Below, piece after piece: positions 26,301-37,961 of a stretch of DNA of 64,000 bases (its first letter is position 1; each line of letters begins with the position of its first letter). The translations under genes and the position numbers were made by a program. The notes below the pieces were generated by a model. The model was not told the DNA's origin, did no database searches, and saw only the letters and a list, made by a program, of their open reading frames with translations. Where the stretch lies: the NCBI GenBank assembly GCA_002269645.1, contig NIVC01000109.1, positions 483,670-547,669 of the forward strand. The letters run 5' to 3'. The stretch is from Macrostomum lignano. Lineage: Eukaryota.

Positions 26301-26635
26301 TTCTCAAATGACTTGATCCACCTTGCCCATGGCACAGGAGGTTCGCCTGGTACTGGTTGAAACTCCGCTGGGTACGGGAGTCCGCTCGTCGCCATTTGTT
26401 GTGTTCTAATTAACACAGAGAGTTTCTTTGATTGAAGCTTTTGAGTTCAGAGATACACATCTCGCTCACAATATATTTATAGAGGTGAAACTCCTACTTG
26501 CACGTTGCATTGCCAAATCGATACGCAATCACCTACTCATTCTAGTCTGAGTACAGTATACGCCCACGCATTCAATAAGGTCAATAGTTAATTGTTAGTG
26601 GTCAGTTCATTGCGCAAGCATTGTCAGTCACAACA
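23311..26635 (-). mobile_element. Ty3/Gypsy LTR retrotransposon (Mag-like), integrase-deleted, 3325 bp
   Basis: 239-bp LTRs 23311-23549 and 26397-26635 (TG...CA, identical by eye); 5-bp TSD CAATA; PBS-like TGGCGACGAG next to the 5' LTR; PPT GGAAGGGGGGAGAA next to the 3' LTR. Confidence 0.96.
23891..26395 (-). CDS. Gag-protease-RT-RNase H polyprotein, ends just after RNase H
   Basis: ATG at 26395; Zn knuckles CTRCGGNH and CRRCGKTNHFAKMC; protease IDCGA; RT KLDLRQGY, PFGL, IVDDIL; RNase H CDAS...EREAL...TDHKAL...NKCADMLSR followed by a stop. Only the integrase C-terminal tail remains (GDWVW...RRSTRARRQP, ~23545-23910, other frame). Confidence 0.93.
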   Translation of the reverse strand: MATSGLPYPAEFQPVPGEPPVPWARWIKSFENFLVAGALEEASESRKKAILLHLLGEEGRRRAANVDASKSLQETKKALKAIFSSSRSVIAERFAFRQRAQHDGESIGDYVMALRELATNCNFGTFHDEMIRDQLVEKTCVPRIRERLLMEEDDLTLDDAIKKAERIEAAIRDAKQVSGPELHVKALSKKPKPAARHEKTAAAGPKCTRCGGNHGHKGECKAMGQKCRRCGKTNHFAKMCRMKAVSAIDTKEPAESSLTVLAVNNKSTDSLFCECRLDGQLIRLQIDCGAAVSLLNMETFKKSFARHPLLPTSTKLEAYGGSAIKTIGKVELPVTFNGIRTEATFYVADKGANILGRDLFQALGFKIFQGDNRVMSISETTIERDFLGIFDGLGRSKSFIHRTKIDASVKPVSQPMRKLPIGLKDEVTSEISRMEQQGIIEKVDASEWVSNVVVTRKKESNKVRLCVDLRQVNKAVIADRYPVPSIEDLSASINGSKCFSKLDLRQGYQQIPLHPDSRGLTCFITDAGLYQFTVVPFGLSSSGAAFQRALQTVLRGAPGAINIVDDILVHGKDETEHDKNLREVLGRIHREGFTLNREKCKFRQASVDFFGLVISADGLKPTKSNVDAILRIPEPSTVAQIQSFLGAVNFLHKFIPHYSAIAEPLRQLLKKDADWHWGERERTAFRTLKSAVTSSPVLAHFDCQAETYVTCDASLDGLGAVLSQVQNGKEVPIAFASRALSPAEKRYSAGEREALACVWSIERWHYYLYGRRVTLRTDHKALTTLLDSKGMGHRPLRIHRWVERLRGYDVRFEHIPGADNKCADMLSRWATTGS

Positions 26636-26814
26636 CAATACTTGTCATACAATGCCATTCTTGATACTTTAGTTACTGATAATAAAGGTAACAGAATACT
26701 ACATGCATACAATTAACAATTGTGTAATTTTTAGTACAAAATATTGTATATTAAGTAAAATATCTGTTTAGTCTTTTCTGTAACACCAGTAAACCCATTT
26801 TCCAGCGAGCATAC

Positions 26815-28700
26815 CTGGCTTAGTTTCGGTCTGGCTTGGCTGGATTTTGGTCTGCGGCATTTGATGAGATGCAGCGGCTGGTGATGTAGTAATCTCTGAT
26901 TCTCGAGCAACTGGTGCTGGGGATGCTGCAAATAATGACCTCCTTTTCACCTCTTTTTCACCGACGATGCCAATAGCAAGCAGTTTCGATGTCTCTCCAC
27001 GAGAGCCCATGCTGGCATGCAGCGTTTTTATGGAATTGATATGGCCATTGCACTCTTTAATCCGATCAATTAACTTTTTACCAGCCTTTCGTCGCTGGTT
27101 AACTTCATTCTGTATGTTGGCATCAGTATCTGCTGCTTCGAAATACTTCAAAGCTTGAAGGACCGACTGCTCGAGTGCCTTAACAGTTCTTGGCGAAGAT
27201 GACAAAAAACTTCTTAGTGCTTGCTGTAATGAAATTAAAGAGTTGATCACGAAAAGACTCAAGTCCTGTGCGATAGTATCGTCTGTGTTATCAAGTAACT
27301 GTTGGAAGTCGGATGACTGCTGCTCTCTCAAGAATGGCAGCGTTTCCTTTCTACACTCATACATACTGGCTAAGACTTCCCACACATTCGGATCGACACC
27401 ACCAAACGCTCCATCGACATCACGAAACACTTCTAAATACTCACTGAGTGATGCAGTGCTCTCGCAATGGCTGATGAACTCTTCAATAAGAGCCGTTGCG
27501 TCTTCATAGTTGATGAAGGCTTCTTTGCAGAAACTGGCTACATTCTTAGTATTCTCGTCATCAGAAACTTCACTAGCCGATGCATATGACTCTCCGGGTG
27601 AGTCAGCAGAACATTCATTTGACGTAAAAAACTCGGTGAGAAAGAACTGAAGCAGATGCACTCGACTGAGCCAAATGTCGCGCAGCTGGATACTGCGAAG
27701 CTTTTCAACAATCGAACTGGAGATGCCAAGTTTAGAGACAATGCCCTCCTCAAGCTTAAACTCGATTTTTGAGCCCTCGGAAATAAATGATTCTATACTT
27801 TCTAACAATAAGCTTCCTCTCTCTACCTCAACCCAGAACTGCTTGTAGGCAGTGTATGCATCAGGTAGCATTTTGTCAAGCACATAGCTGCACTGAACAG
27901 TGATCTGAGCTCCTGGTCTCGAATAGACTGCAGATTGAGACTCGGCTTCAAACAAATTGCGTGAGCCACCAGAAGCAGGCTTGGATCGGACAAACACTCT
28001 CCTGAACAACTCAGATTGGACAAGTGACTTCATTAATTCAAGGTTCTGCACATTTCTGATTTCGAATATCTGAAAAACCAAATCATCGCTTCTAAAAGAA
28101 CCAATTGAGTTAAAAAACTGCTGCTTCAATGACTGGTATCGAGATTGCTTTTCGTTCAGGTCAAGCAGCTTTAAGTTCATTTGAGAGTTTTCTCCCGAAA
28201 TGAGGAACAGAAAATCAAAAATTTGGTCAACAACAGCGCACTGCTCGTTCCAGCTTCTTTTATTTTGCTCTAAGCAACGTACAGTTTCTTCTGTATGTCC
28301 ATCTCGACCAAAGTTGACAAAAAAGGCCTTCAGCAGCAGGTCAAAGTAGTCATACAAACTGGACTCAATGCTTCCACGAACAAGTTTTCCCACCTTTTCG
28401 AGTCTTTCAAAAATGGCAACGAATTCTCTGAAGTCAGCAAAAGACAAGTGCTTGTCAGCATCTCTATTGAAAAATATGCTGGCAAAGTCAGCAATGCACT
28501 GCAGTTTGTTGTTCAGTTTCAGACGAACAGCCTCTGCAAGCGGTTGGATGCTGGGATCCGAGTCGCTGGTCATCCACATCCACATGAAGTTCTTCTCCAG
28601 CAGTAAAGGCAGCAGCTCCAACGCATTTGTTGGACGATGCTGGCTTGGCTGTGCCGAAAGCAAATGCTCCAGACTGAGCCCAAAAATCTGATAGAGTGAT
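26815..28700 (-). CDS. Exon B2 of RNF213 N-terminal stalk-like gene
   Basis: Acceptor ttttcag at 28701, in phase with exon A2; ORF open to 26768 with an internal GTATGC donor at 26814. RIKECNGHINSIKTLHASMGSRGETSKLLAIGI resembles RNF213 KLRDSARNLEWLKTVNESHGSVERSSLTLATAI as I recall it; FLREQQSSDFQQLLDNTDD...INSLISLQQAL fits invertebrate RNF213-like stalks. Confidence 0.68.
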
Positions 28701-29760
28701 CTGAAAAGTATGGTATATTTTTCATTAAATTATTAAGGATCAAGTAATTTCCAACCTATCATAAAATACATGAGCGGAAAAGCAGAATAAAAGCTGGCAC
28801 GAGGTCAGACGCGCATTTTATAATGCGTGTAGAGTGTTGGCGAGGCAGCAGAAAAAACTTAACTGGCATGAAATATTTTCTACTTTAAATTTTGTTACAA
28901 TATTAAGTATAGTTTACTGTATAATAGGCTAAAATCGAGGTTACACAGGCGTTGTAGAAGAAACAAGGAATATTAAAGCCTTTGAACTAAAATAATACTG
29001 TGGCAGCAATCCTAATTAAAATACGAGCAACTGAGGCATGATTCTCCTCTCAGCGATAAACCATTCAGTAAGCGCTCTGTTTTACCTGCAAACAACACCA
29101 CAATTTTGAATTCATTACACGCCGAATTCTGTTGGGACCCCCACCGAAATTAACTATCTCCTGTAGAGGCCAAGATGCTACAAAAAATTTACAAATTTTG
29201 TTAATCTTACTCACAAATAGTGAACCACGAGCATAAAGTATAAATACGGTGTTTCACTTAAAGCTCCAAAACAGTCCTGCTTATGATTCCATTAGAATGC
29301 GACCCCGTAAAAATGCTATCTGTAAGTCAATAAAAGCATGACAGCTAGCCGTCCATCAGTATTGTTATCGTTGGGCATTTTTCCAAGGTTATATCAAAAT
29401 GCTCAAACAAGGTGACAGCTTTTTGTAGCTCGTTGACATTTTTTAAAATCATCTGACATCTGACACCCAGCTATTAGAAAAAGATTACAAATACATGATC
29501 CGTGACATCTAAATCTAAATGAACTAGTAGGCTAGCTCCGAGGAAAGGCCGGCGCTTCGTTAAAGAAATAAAAAGTCTCTTTTACTCTTACCTATCGAGG
29601 ATGGGATAACCGTTTGCATGATACTTGCTACTAACCGAAGACTACTTTTACCGATTGAAGACTACCAGAGGACTATTTTAACTTCTGTTAAAATCAAGCA
29701 ATAGGGTTTTTACTCGTATTTGTGTCTGGGCAAATTGAAATTGGAATTGCGGCTTTAAAC

Positions 29761-31308
29761 TAGGGGGCGACCGGGACAGCCAAAGTCGGGCCCGGGTCGG
29801 GCCCGGGAATGAGGACTCGGGCCCGGGTCGGGCCTCGGGAATTCGGGACAAGATCTTTAGGACAGCTCAATAATTGGAAAAAAAATCATAATAAATCTTA
29901 ATACTTTTAGCATATGCGGATTACTATTAAATATATAATAAATATATAGATATATTAAATCTAATATAATATATTAAATGTATAATAAATATATGATAAA
30001 CATTAAATATATTATAATATATAAATATATTAAATATATAATAATATATAAATATAATAAATATAATATATTAAATTAAATATATATTAAATATATAATA
30101 TAATAAATATTATTTTTATTTAATACATTAGTTAAGACTTCAGAATAGATAAGAGTTACATTAAAAGACTTAATACTCAAATATCAATATACCCAATAGT
30201 TCAAATTCAATGTCACTGTGTGGCACAAGTACTGTGTGTGTGCCAGTGACAGTGACACTAATAGGCAGTGAGGTAGGCAAGCAGGCACTGCGGTAGTGCG
30301 GCTGGCACTGGCAGTGGCAGTAAGCAAAAAGAAGAAAAGCTGAAGCATTAAGTGTAAGGCACTTGGCATTGGAAGCAATAAGGAAGTAAGAACCAAATCA
30401 ATTGATTGATTCTTTTATTTGAATTTTTAGTTCCTTTACATAGCTTCAATATAAAGAGCCATGTATACAGTCAGTATTCAATAAGACAACAAGACAAGAC
30501 AACAGAACAGAACACAAGTGAAGTGACAACACAACACAACACTCAACTGTCTCAACAGAACAGGCAAACAGACAATGGAAATACAAGTAATTAGCTGATA
30601 CCTGCCTACCTGCTCACCTACCTACCTAAACGAATATGATTACGAATATGATACTATGAGTCTACGACTACAACTACCTACGAATACAATACAAATATGA
30701 ACACGATTACAAACTCTGACAGATAGCAAACTTCTTGGAAAAATGGTAGCCTTGGCCCTTAATAGGTACTTCTTGGAATGTAAATAGGAAATGTTATTTA
30801 CAAAAGCTTAAAATTGACAAATCAACTTTTTTAAGAATCATATTTTTGCTTTTAGGCTGCAGCCTACAGCGTGTAAAGTGGAATCAATATTGCAAAAAAG
30901 TATTGCAAAACTATGTTTTAATTTTATCTTCCTGGAAAAAATCCGATCTTCCTGGAAAGTGGAAACTAGCTGTGGCTGACGCTCACGGTCACAGTCACAG
31001 ACGCTCACGCTAAGAGCATACTACAAATCAATGATATTGCTACTTCACATCATATCATCTATTACTATTACTGCAGTCGTGCAGTGCTTGAGTCTTGAGT
31101 GCTGATGCGATGCTTAACTGAGTGTTGTGCTGTGCTGTGAATAAAAATAATTTTATTCTTATTCGCACGCGGTTAGTGCCTTTAGGGAAAAAAGACTTGT
31201 CCCGATTTCCCGACTTTTTTAGGGTCGGGCCCGGGCCCGGGTCGGGCCACGATTTTGGTCGGGATTCCCGACTTTTCGGGCCCGGGCCCGGGACTGGGTC
31301 GCCCCCTA
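29761..31308. mobile_element. Non-autonomous hAT-type element in an intron, 1548 bp
   Basis: TIR TAGGGGGCGACC / GGTCGCCCCCTA, subterminal gggcccggg repeats, perfect 8-bp TSD CTTTAAAC (29753-29760, 31309-31316). Confidence 0.9.
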
Positions 31309-32030
31309 CTTTAAACAAGCCTATTTTTTCTTCAATTCTTTAAGTCTCCGTCTATCTACCAGTTATGTGCTAAGGACTGACTCTTTATTCTATTTAAATG
31401 ATTACGCTCGTAGAATGAAATTCTAATACAAAAACCCATCCATATGCCAAGAACGACTTAAGTAGATCGGGAAGCTTTGTTTTTACTTAAAATGATTCAT
31501 GAAAATTTACATATCTTACGATCATGTGTAACTAAAATATACACTTCGTTCTAATTAGTGCCAACCACTTAAAGCGAAATTGAACTAGGCGTATTTTTTC
31601 GATAACTGCCAAAGCCTCTTCAGAATTCTTGCTAATAAGAAGACGACAAAGAATTTATCTTATGTATCTTACACATGTATCTTATCCTATTAAATAAGCA
31701 TTCGTCGATCTCCTAAAACTTAGCTATTGCTATTCTGTGTTTAAAAGTGACAATTTTCTTTCTCAGTAGTATCGATATTATTTCGCACAAACCCAGCCTT
31801 AAACTTTTTCTATAAGAAATAAAGTTACACGTCTACATCAGTGGTCCTTCCAACATGCAAGATCCATTACTGACAAAAGCTGTTTTATGATGCCTCATTA
31901 AATGAGGAACAAGATGATTTTAAATGACAAAAAGTGCTGGATAAGCGACACTAGAACAGACGAAAATCCTAGCAATGTAAAGATCAAGGTGCTATTAACA
32001 ATTATGAAGAAATAAAATTGAGGTTCCTAC

Positions 32031-34078
32031 CTTGACAAGTCATCAGTGCAAAATACATCGTTCGGATGCTGAAAGAACTTCAAAAGCTCTTCTTTTTGCT
32101 GTTTTTCGAAGCCGCTATTGTCACTAACTTGTTGCAGACAGACTTGGAATACAATGTCAGTGAGATCAGCAGACTTTCCATCTTCAACATTGCTTTCAAT
32201 CACTGCTCTAGTCAGCCTCTTCTCATTCAAAACTTCAAGTGCTGCTTCCTTGCACAAACTGACGAGAGAACTCTTCTGTGACATCTCAATGAGTGGCTTT
32301 ATCGTTGCACACACGGACTTGTGCAGGTAGTCACAACTCAACCGAATAAACTGCCACATTACATTTCTTTGCTGTCCAACATCGGCTGCTAAAATATGTG
32401 CTACAAAAAAATCTGCGAAATTCCCGAGGCAAAACTTGATCAGCCAGTGCGTCTTCGATGAAAATATGATAGACAAGAACTCGATTGCGAAATTTTCATC
32501 CAAAAAACCTTTGATGCCAAACAATAGAGCCAGGTCACGGCGATTGGGCGCTGAATTGTCATTCTCGTATTTTGAGCTTATCGATGCAATTATGGCTCTC
32601 CGAACAACAGGAAGAACCTGCTCGTGCCACACTGACTCCTCGACACAGTACAATTTCTTTACTCTTTGATAGATGTCACACAACCGCTGCCAAGAATCTG
32701 TCTGCAGCTCAGCTAAAAGTTTCGTGTACATCAATGAGGATCCAAAACTCTGAACCCAATCCTTGAGCGAAACACTCAAAATTTCAGAAGATTCGAAGGC
32801 GCTCAGCGTCTCATCAGCGTCTTTAATCTTTAGAAATTCTTCGAGCAGCGATTCGAAGCTCGTGAAGTCTTCTGCGTCATTAAAAACTGCGGCTGCAATG
32901 CTCACAAAGTTGCTGCAGCTGATGCACTTGAGCAATCCAGATTTGACCAGAGCTTCAGTAAAATCAGTTCTGAACTTGTCGCCACCTCGTTCAACAAATC
33001 CGAGATTCTTCACAAGCTGTACGAACTCACCAGGTGGTGCAGACGGGTGCAGTACCTTGGCGCAATAGCACAGACTCAGGAAAGAAGGCAGCGACGAGTC
33101 TAAAAAGCGCATGGCCTGTGAGCTGATGCTTTTTATTGCGGGCTTCTGCAAGAAACTCAAAAGCAGAGTGGCCTCGTCAATTTTTCTAAAAGACTTGTTT
33201 TCTGGAGCGAATCTGACATGAATGAAGAGCGACAGTCGGCACAGCAGAATTCCTCCTCCCGGCTTCAGTGGGAACTGCTCTGCAAATGGAGGACTCAGCA
33301 TTCTCTTGATGACGGATAGGAACTCAGTCGTATTGACTTCAAGCGCTTTCTTGCTATCATTCTCTGTGACACTTCTGAGCCATTTGGACACGAGGGAAGA
33401 GTAGCACTGATCGATAAATTCGACTGGATCGCTGCTGCTTACTAGCGATGTTGAGTCGGCCATGGCCAGTGAGACTGCATGAGAAGCGAATATCCGCCAG
33501 AACACGTTGGACTTTCGGACAACTGAATCAATGAACGGCTCAAACAGAGCGTCGAAACATACTAGTCGGTCTCTGTTGAGAGGCCGACTTTCCAGTTCAC
33601 TAATCATGCCATCAGAAGGTGCAATACCCCTTTTAGAACAGCATTTGAAGATTGTTTCTAGAATATTGGCACAGTTATTCACAGCTCTTTGAATTGGTGC
33701 TGAAACAGACGGCCCCATATTTTTCAGCAAATCTTGGAACTGTCTTTGATTGGTCAATTCTAATATCGGATTTCGACTGTGCAATCTGTAACTATAGACA
33801 AAGTCATCAAGTCGCTCGGATAGAAAGAACAGTTTCCAAGACGGAATCGCATAAAAATCTTTAATGGAATCCACCTGCTTTTTCAATGAAAAAGATCTGT
33901 TGGTCTTCTTTACGCAAATAGAGAGCGAAAGTGTAATGTTACACTTAGCGTCTAGAAGCAACGTCGATAGAGTTTTATTAAGTTGCTGATTTTCTGAAGC
34001 GTCCCTCTTGGCATTCAAAACCTCATCCAAAGTAAACTTGACGACGTCCGCGATATACAGACGGAACTCGCAGGGCGT
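32031..34078 (-). CDS. Exon A2 of the stalk-like gene (helical, ~683 aa)
   Basis: ORF 32027-34084; acceptor ttgcag (phase 0) and donor GTAGGA (phase 2); colinear protein similarity to exon A1 (EFRLYIADV, ELESRPLNRDRLVCFDA, FLDSSLPSFL, WQFIRLSCDY). Confidence 0.78.
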
Positions 34079-34334
34079 CTGCAATAGTAAACATAAAATA
34101 TTATCAAAGTAATTCAGCTTTACTGAAAGTGCCTTTGTAATAATTAAAATAAACTATCGGACTTCAAGCATTGCCAGTCTTTTTGCATCTTTGACAGGAT
34201 ATGTAAATAATGATACACCATCGCAGTTGTTTAAAGTTTTTGAATTTGAGGTACAGGATTTGGCCAAATAGCTTCTTTCAATCCTTGCAGCCATCTGCTG
34301 ATCACTGCATGACTGAGGAAATATGGACTCAATC

Positions 34335-35570
34335 ATGGATGAAGGAATAACATGGGTTGCTCATCTGCCGAGAGTCTATGGTCAGCGTTATGGAGTATAT
34401 ATATATACATGTACATATACATCCGTACTAACGCTATTGGCTGATGAAGTCTATAAATAGTCCCCCTACTAGTTCGACTGGCTGCTGAAGATTGAAAGAA
34501 TGAACGTTTGAACTCTCGGATCTCCCTTTCTGGCAAAATCACGGCATCTAGGAATTCCCTAAGCAAGTGCCGAAGTAAGTCTAACTCGTAAGTAGTGACT
34601 ATGAATAGACTTCATCAGCCAAGGGTTAGTACGGGGGTAAATTCCAGAACGCTGACCATAGACGCTCGGCAGACGAGCAATCCATGTTATTCCTTCATCC
34701 ATGGACTCAATTTGACAGGAAGGGTTTACTATGAATCAGCACTGAAGCTTACAACGTTTTACCATAGACAAGACACAACTATATAAGGGATCTTCAGCAG
34801 CCAATCGGTGCAAACGGGGGCTTCACAGGCATGGATGAAGGCTTGTACCATGACCTTTGTGCCCGCTGGGCACTTATTCTTGCCTTTTTAATGCCATAGA
34901 CTACATTTAAGCCCGCTTGCAGGAAAGAAATATCGATATTAGCGGGCAGTTAATGACATTTAACGCCCGATTGTCTATGTCAAACTTACTTTAATGCAAA
35001 TTAGCGGGCATTTAATGACATTTAACGCCCGATTATTCTGTCCCACTTTGTTAAGGACACAAATGTCTATGGCACAATAATAGTAATACCCATGCTTTGC
35101 GGGCGTTAATGAGAAATCCTCGGGCGCCCTCTGATTTTCCCATTAACGCCCCTAAAGCATGGGTATTAATGTACTAATAGAAAGGATCGCTCATCTGAAT
35201 GCAAGTCTATGGCCAAGACTTCCTAAAAATTGGGATACTCCCCCGTGAATTCATTGGCTGCTGGAATTTAAAATAGTCCCCCTTATGTCCTTTATGGCTT
35301 AAGCTTGTACGCGGGGATCGAGAATGCTAATTTCTTTTCCTTAAGCCGTGGTGACCTAGAGGAAGAAAGCAGTTAAAGATGTCTTACGTTAATCGTGACT
35401 TTGGAATTTCCCTCGCGTCCAAGCTTCAGCCAGTAAGAACTTTGGGGGAACTATTATTAAATTCCAGGAGCCAATAAAATTCATGGGGGGAATATCCCAA
35501 TTTTTAGAAAGTCTTGGCCATAGACTCGCTTTCAGATGAGCGATCCTTTCTATTCCCTCATCCATGTTCA
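34335..35570. mobile_element. Modular multi-palindrome (foldback/MITE-like) element
   Basis: Inverted pairs 34335-34382/34655-34705 and ~35178-35250/35465-35560, plus small cgggc.gttaa..ttaacgcccg hairpins; no ORF. Confidence 0.55.
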
Positions 35571-36094
35571 CAGGGCAAAATTGCATCCCCAACTTTAAGG
35601 CAGACGAGCAATCTATGGTTTTATTCATCCATGACTTCAAGCTATTTTAATATTATTTTTCTAAATATAATTTCCATAGATCTTATATTTGGAAATGTAA
35701 ACGGCTTCCATGGCCACATAAGTAGTTAATGAGTGGCCCATCTTGTGTAAATAGATCTTTGATCCTTCCCTAGATTTGTCTAGGTCTTAAGCTCGTACAA
35801 AAGCCAGTGGTGTATCTATTAGGTAGAGTTTTTATATTAGTAAATTTTATATATTATAGAGTGGTGACTTTCGTATAATACGCAAATTAATTAAAAGCAA
35901 TAACAAAGGTTTATGCTTTAGTTACCCTCATTTCATCGTACGAACATTTGTCTACCAACTTAAAATTCCTTCTAAGGTGCTTTATATTACCAGCTTGACT
36001 CACATTCGAATAAACTCAAAATAAATTTGCATTTGTTTGACCTTATTTGTCTTAAAAGGCAGGAAGTAATGAAGTCGTTAAATGAACAGAGTTC

Positions 36095-36251
36095 CAGACG
36101 CGTAGCCAGGATTCACGTAAGGGTGGGGGACAGATTAACTCAATCCATCTCCGATGTTAGCGATAGAAGCAAAATACAAAGGCAATAAAAAAATTCCCCC
36201 CTCCAGGGGGAAATGTCCCCAGTGTCCCCCCCCCACTTGGATACGCCCCTG
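36095..36251. mobile_element. hAT-type MITE, 157 bp
   Basis: Imperfect TIR cagacgcgtagcc / ggatacgcccctg; 8-bp TSD CAGAGTTC on both sides. Confidence 0.75.
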
Positions 36252-36420
36252 CAGAGTTCTACGAACATACAACAGCGCTTACATATGCTTTCTTGCTACA
36301 TTCGTCCAACCGTAAAAATTCTTGACACATCAACCAAGGTTCCTGCAAAGTAGAGAAGTTATAAGATTGTACGTGTTAAAAAGTATAAATATTTTTTCTA
36401 AACGTATATTGGATACCTAC

Positions 36421-37420
36421 CCTAAAAACTGATTGAACAAATCGATCCGAAAATCCAAGTGCGTTGACAGCTTTAGCTTCGACCCGGCTGTTAAATTTGG
36501 TGTCTCCATCAATATCAAGTTCTCTTCTGGCCTGTTCCGTAGTCATGGCACCTGTATCAATCGATGTCCATAATTTTTTACATGCACCGATTGCAGGGGG
36601 AATCAGTTTATCCAGCAGATAGCGGCATTGAACACAGACGATAACGCTTTTCACATTCAGTCGACTTTCCTCAGGATCTTCGGCACAGGAAGATAAGTTG
36701 CATTTAATGAGCATTCTTTTGAAGATCAAAGATTCGGCAAGGGAATTTAGCAATTCCATATTCAAAATACTATCGATTTCGAAAATCTGCTTAACGAGAT
36801 TGTCACTTCTAAACTCGACAGTGATTGATGTTTCATACTGCAGCTTCAGATCTTCATACTGTGACTTTCTGTCATGCAAATCGGGGAGTTTTATCTTCAC
36901 TTCATCTGTTTCGCTGCTGACTCGGCTCAGAATTTCAAATACTTCATCAACCATATGGCACTGTTCATTCCAGCTTCGAACGTTGGCTTCGTGAAACTTC
37001 ACCAGCTGAGTGGTATTCTTACTCTGTTTAGCACTGGGAAAGAATGCAGCTAAGAGTTGGTCAAATAAGCCGTAAGACCGGCCTTCATTACTGCTGTTCT
37101 TTTTCCCTCTGCGATTCATCTCCAGTGAATCAAAGACGCAGACAAAATCGTTGAACTCTTGAAGGGAAACACCTTCAGCATCAGCTTCAGCAGATAATCT
37201 CTTCGCAAACTCTTTGATGCACTTAATTTGAGCTCCAACACGAAAAAATAAATTTTCTTTTAAAGATTGGATGTCCGAATGCGAATCTCCGATCATCCAT
37301 GTCCAAAGAAAACTTTTCTCAAATAGCGTAGGCAGCAGGTCGAAAACGGTCGGCGATCGATGATTTGGTAATCCTGCAATAAACTTCTCCAGAACAGCGC
37401 AGTAAGTTTTGTACACATGT
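36421..37420 (-). CDS. Exon B1 of the stalk-like gene (corresponds to the 5' half of B2)
   Basis: Acceptor cattgcag in phase with exon A1; LLPTLFEKSFLWTWM...EQCHMVDEVF...FRSDNLVKQIFEI aligns with B2; GTAGGT donor at 36420 (phase 0). Confidence 0.75.
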
Positions 37421-37493
37421 CTGCAATGACAATATTGTGGTACAATTAAAGTTCTAGATTTTATGTTAGCAATAATTTAAATACGTTTGTATG

Positions 37494-37846
37494 CAGGGGC
37501 GGATTTAGGGGGGCGGGGGGGCGGGCCCCCCCCCCCAAAAAAAATAGCTTGACCGAACATATTGCGCCCCCCAAAAACCTAAATTTGCGTCCCCTAAGCT
37601 TGATTTTTCGCCCCAAGTGCATTTTTTGCGCCCCTAAGCTTGATTTTTCGCCCCCAAATGCATTTTTTGCGCCCCTAAGCTTGATTTTTCGCCCCCAAAT
37701 GCATTTTTTGCGCCCCTAAGCTTGATTTTTCGCCCCCTACACACATTTTTTGCGCCCCCTAGCTTAAAAATTGGCGCCCCTTACACTCGTGTTGGCGCCC
37801 CAAACTTGGACCGCCCCCCCAAAATGAAACTCTAGATCCGCCACTG
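37494..37846. mobile_element. hAT-type MITE with internal ~41-bp tandem repeats, in the A1-B1 intron
   Basis: TIR CAGGGGCGGATTTAG / CTAGATCCGCCACTG; flanks tttgtatg and gttgtatg (7/8 TSD match). Confidence 0.8.
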
Positions 37847-37961
37847 GTTGTATGTAACAATAAATCTAAATTTAGAAGACTCAGAGTCAATAGATACGAC
37901 TATGGCAATAAAATACACGTAGATACTACGAAGAGACTTGCACATCGGCAAATAAACTTAC

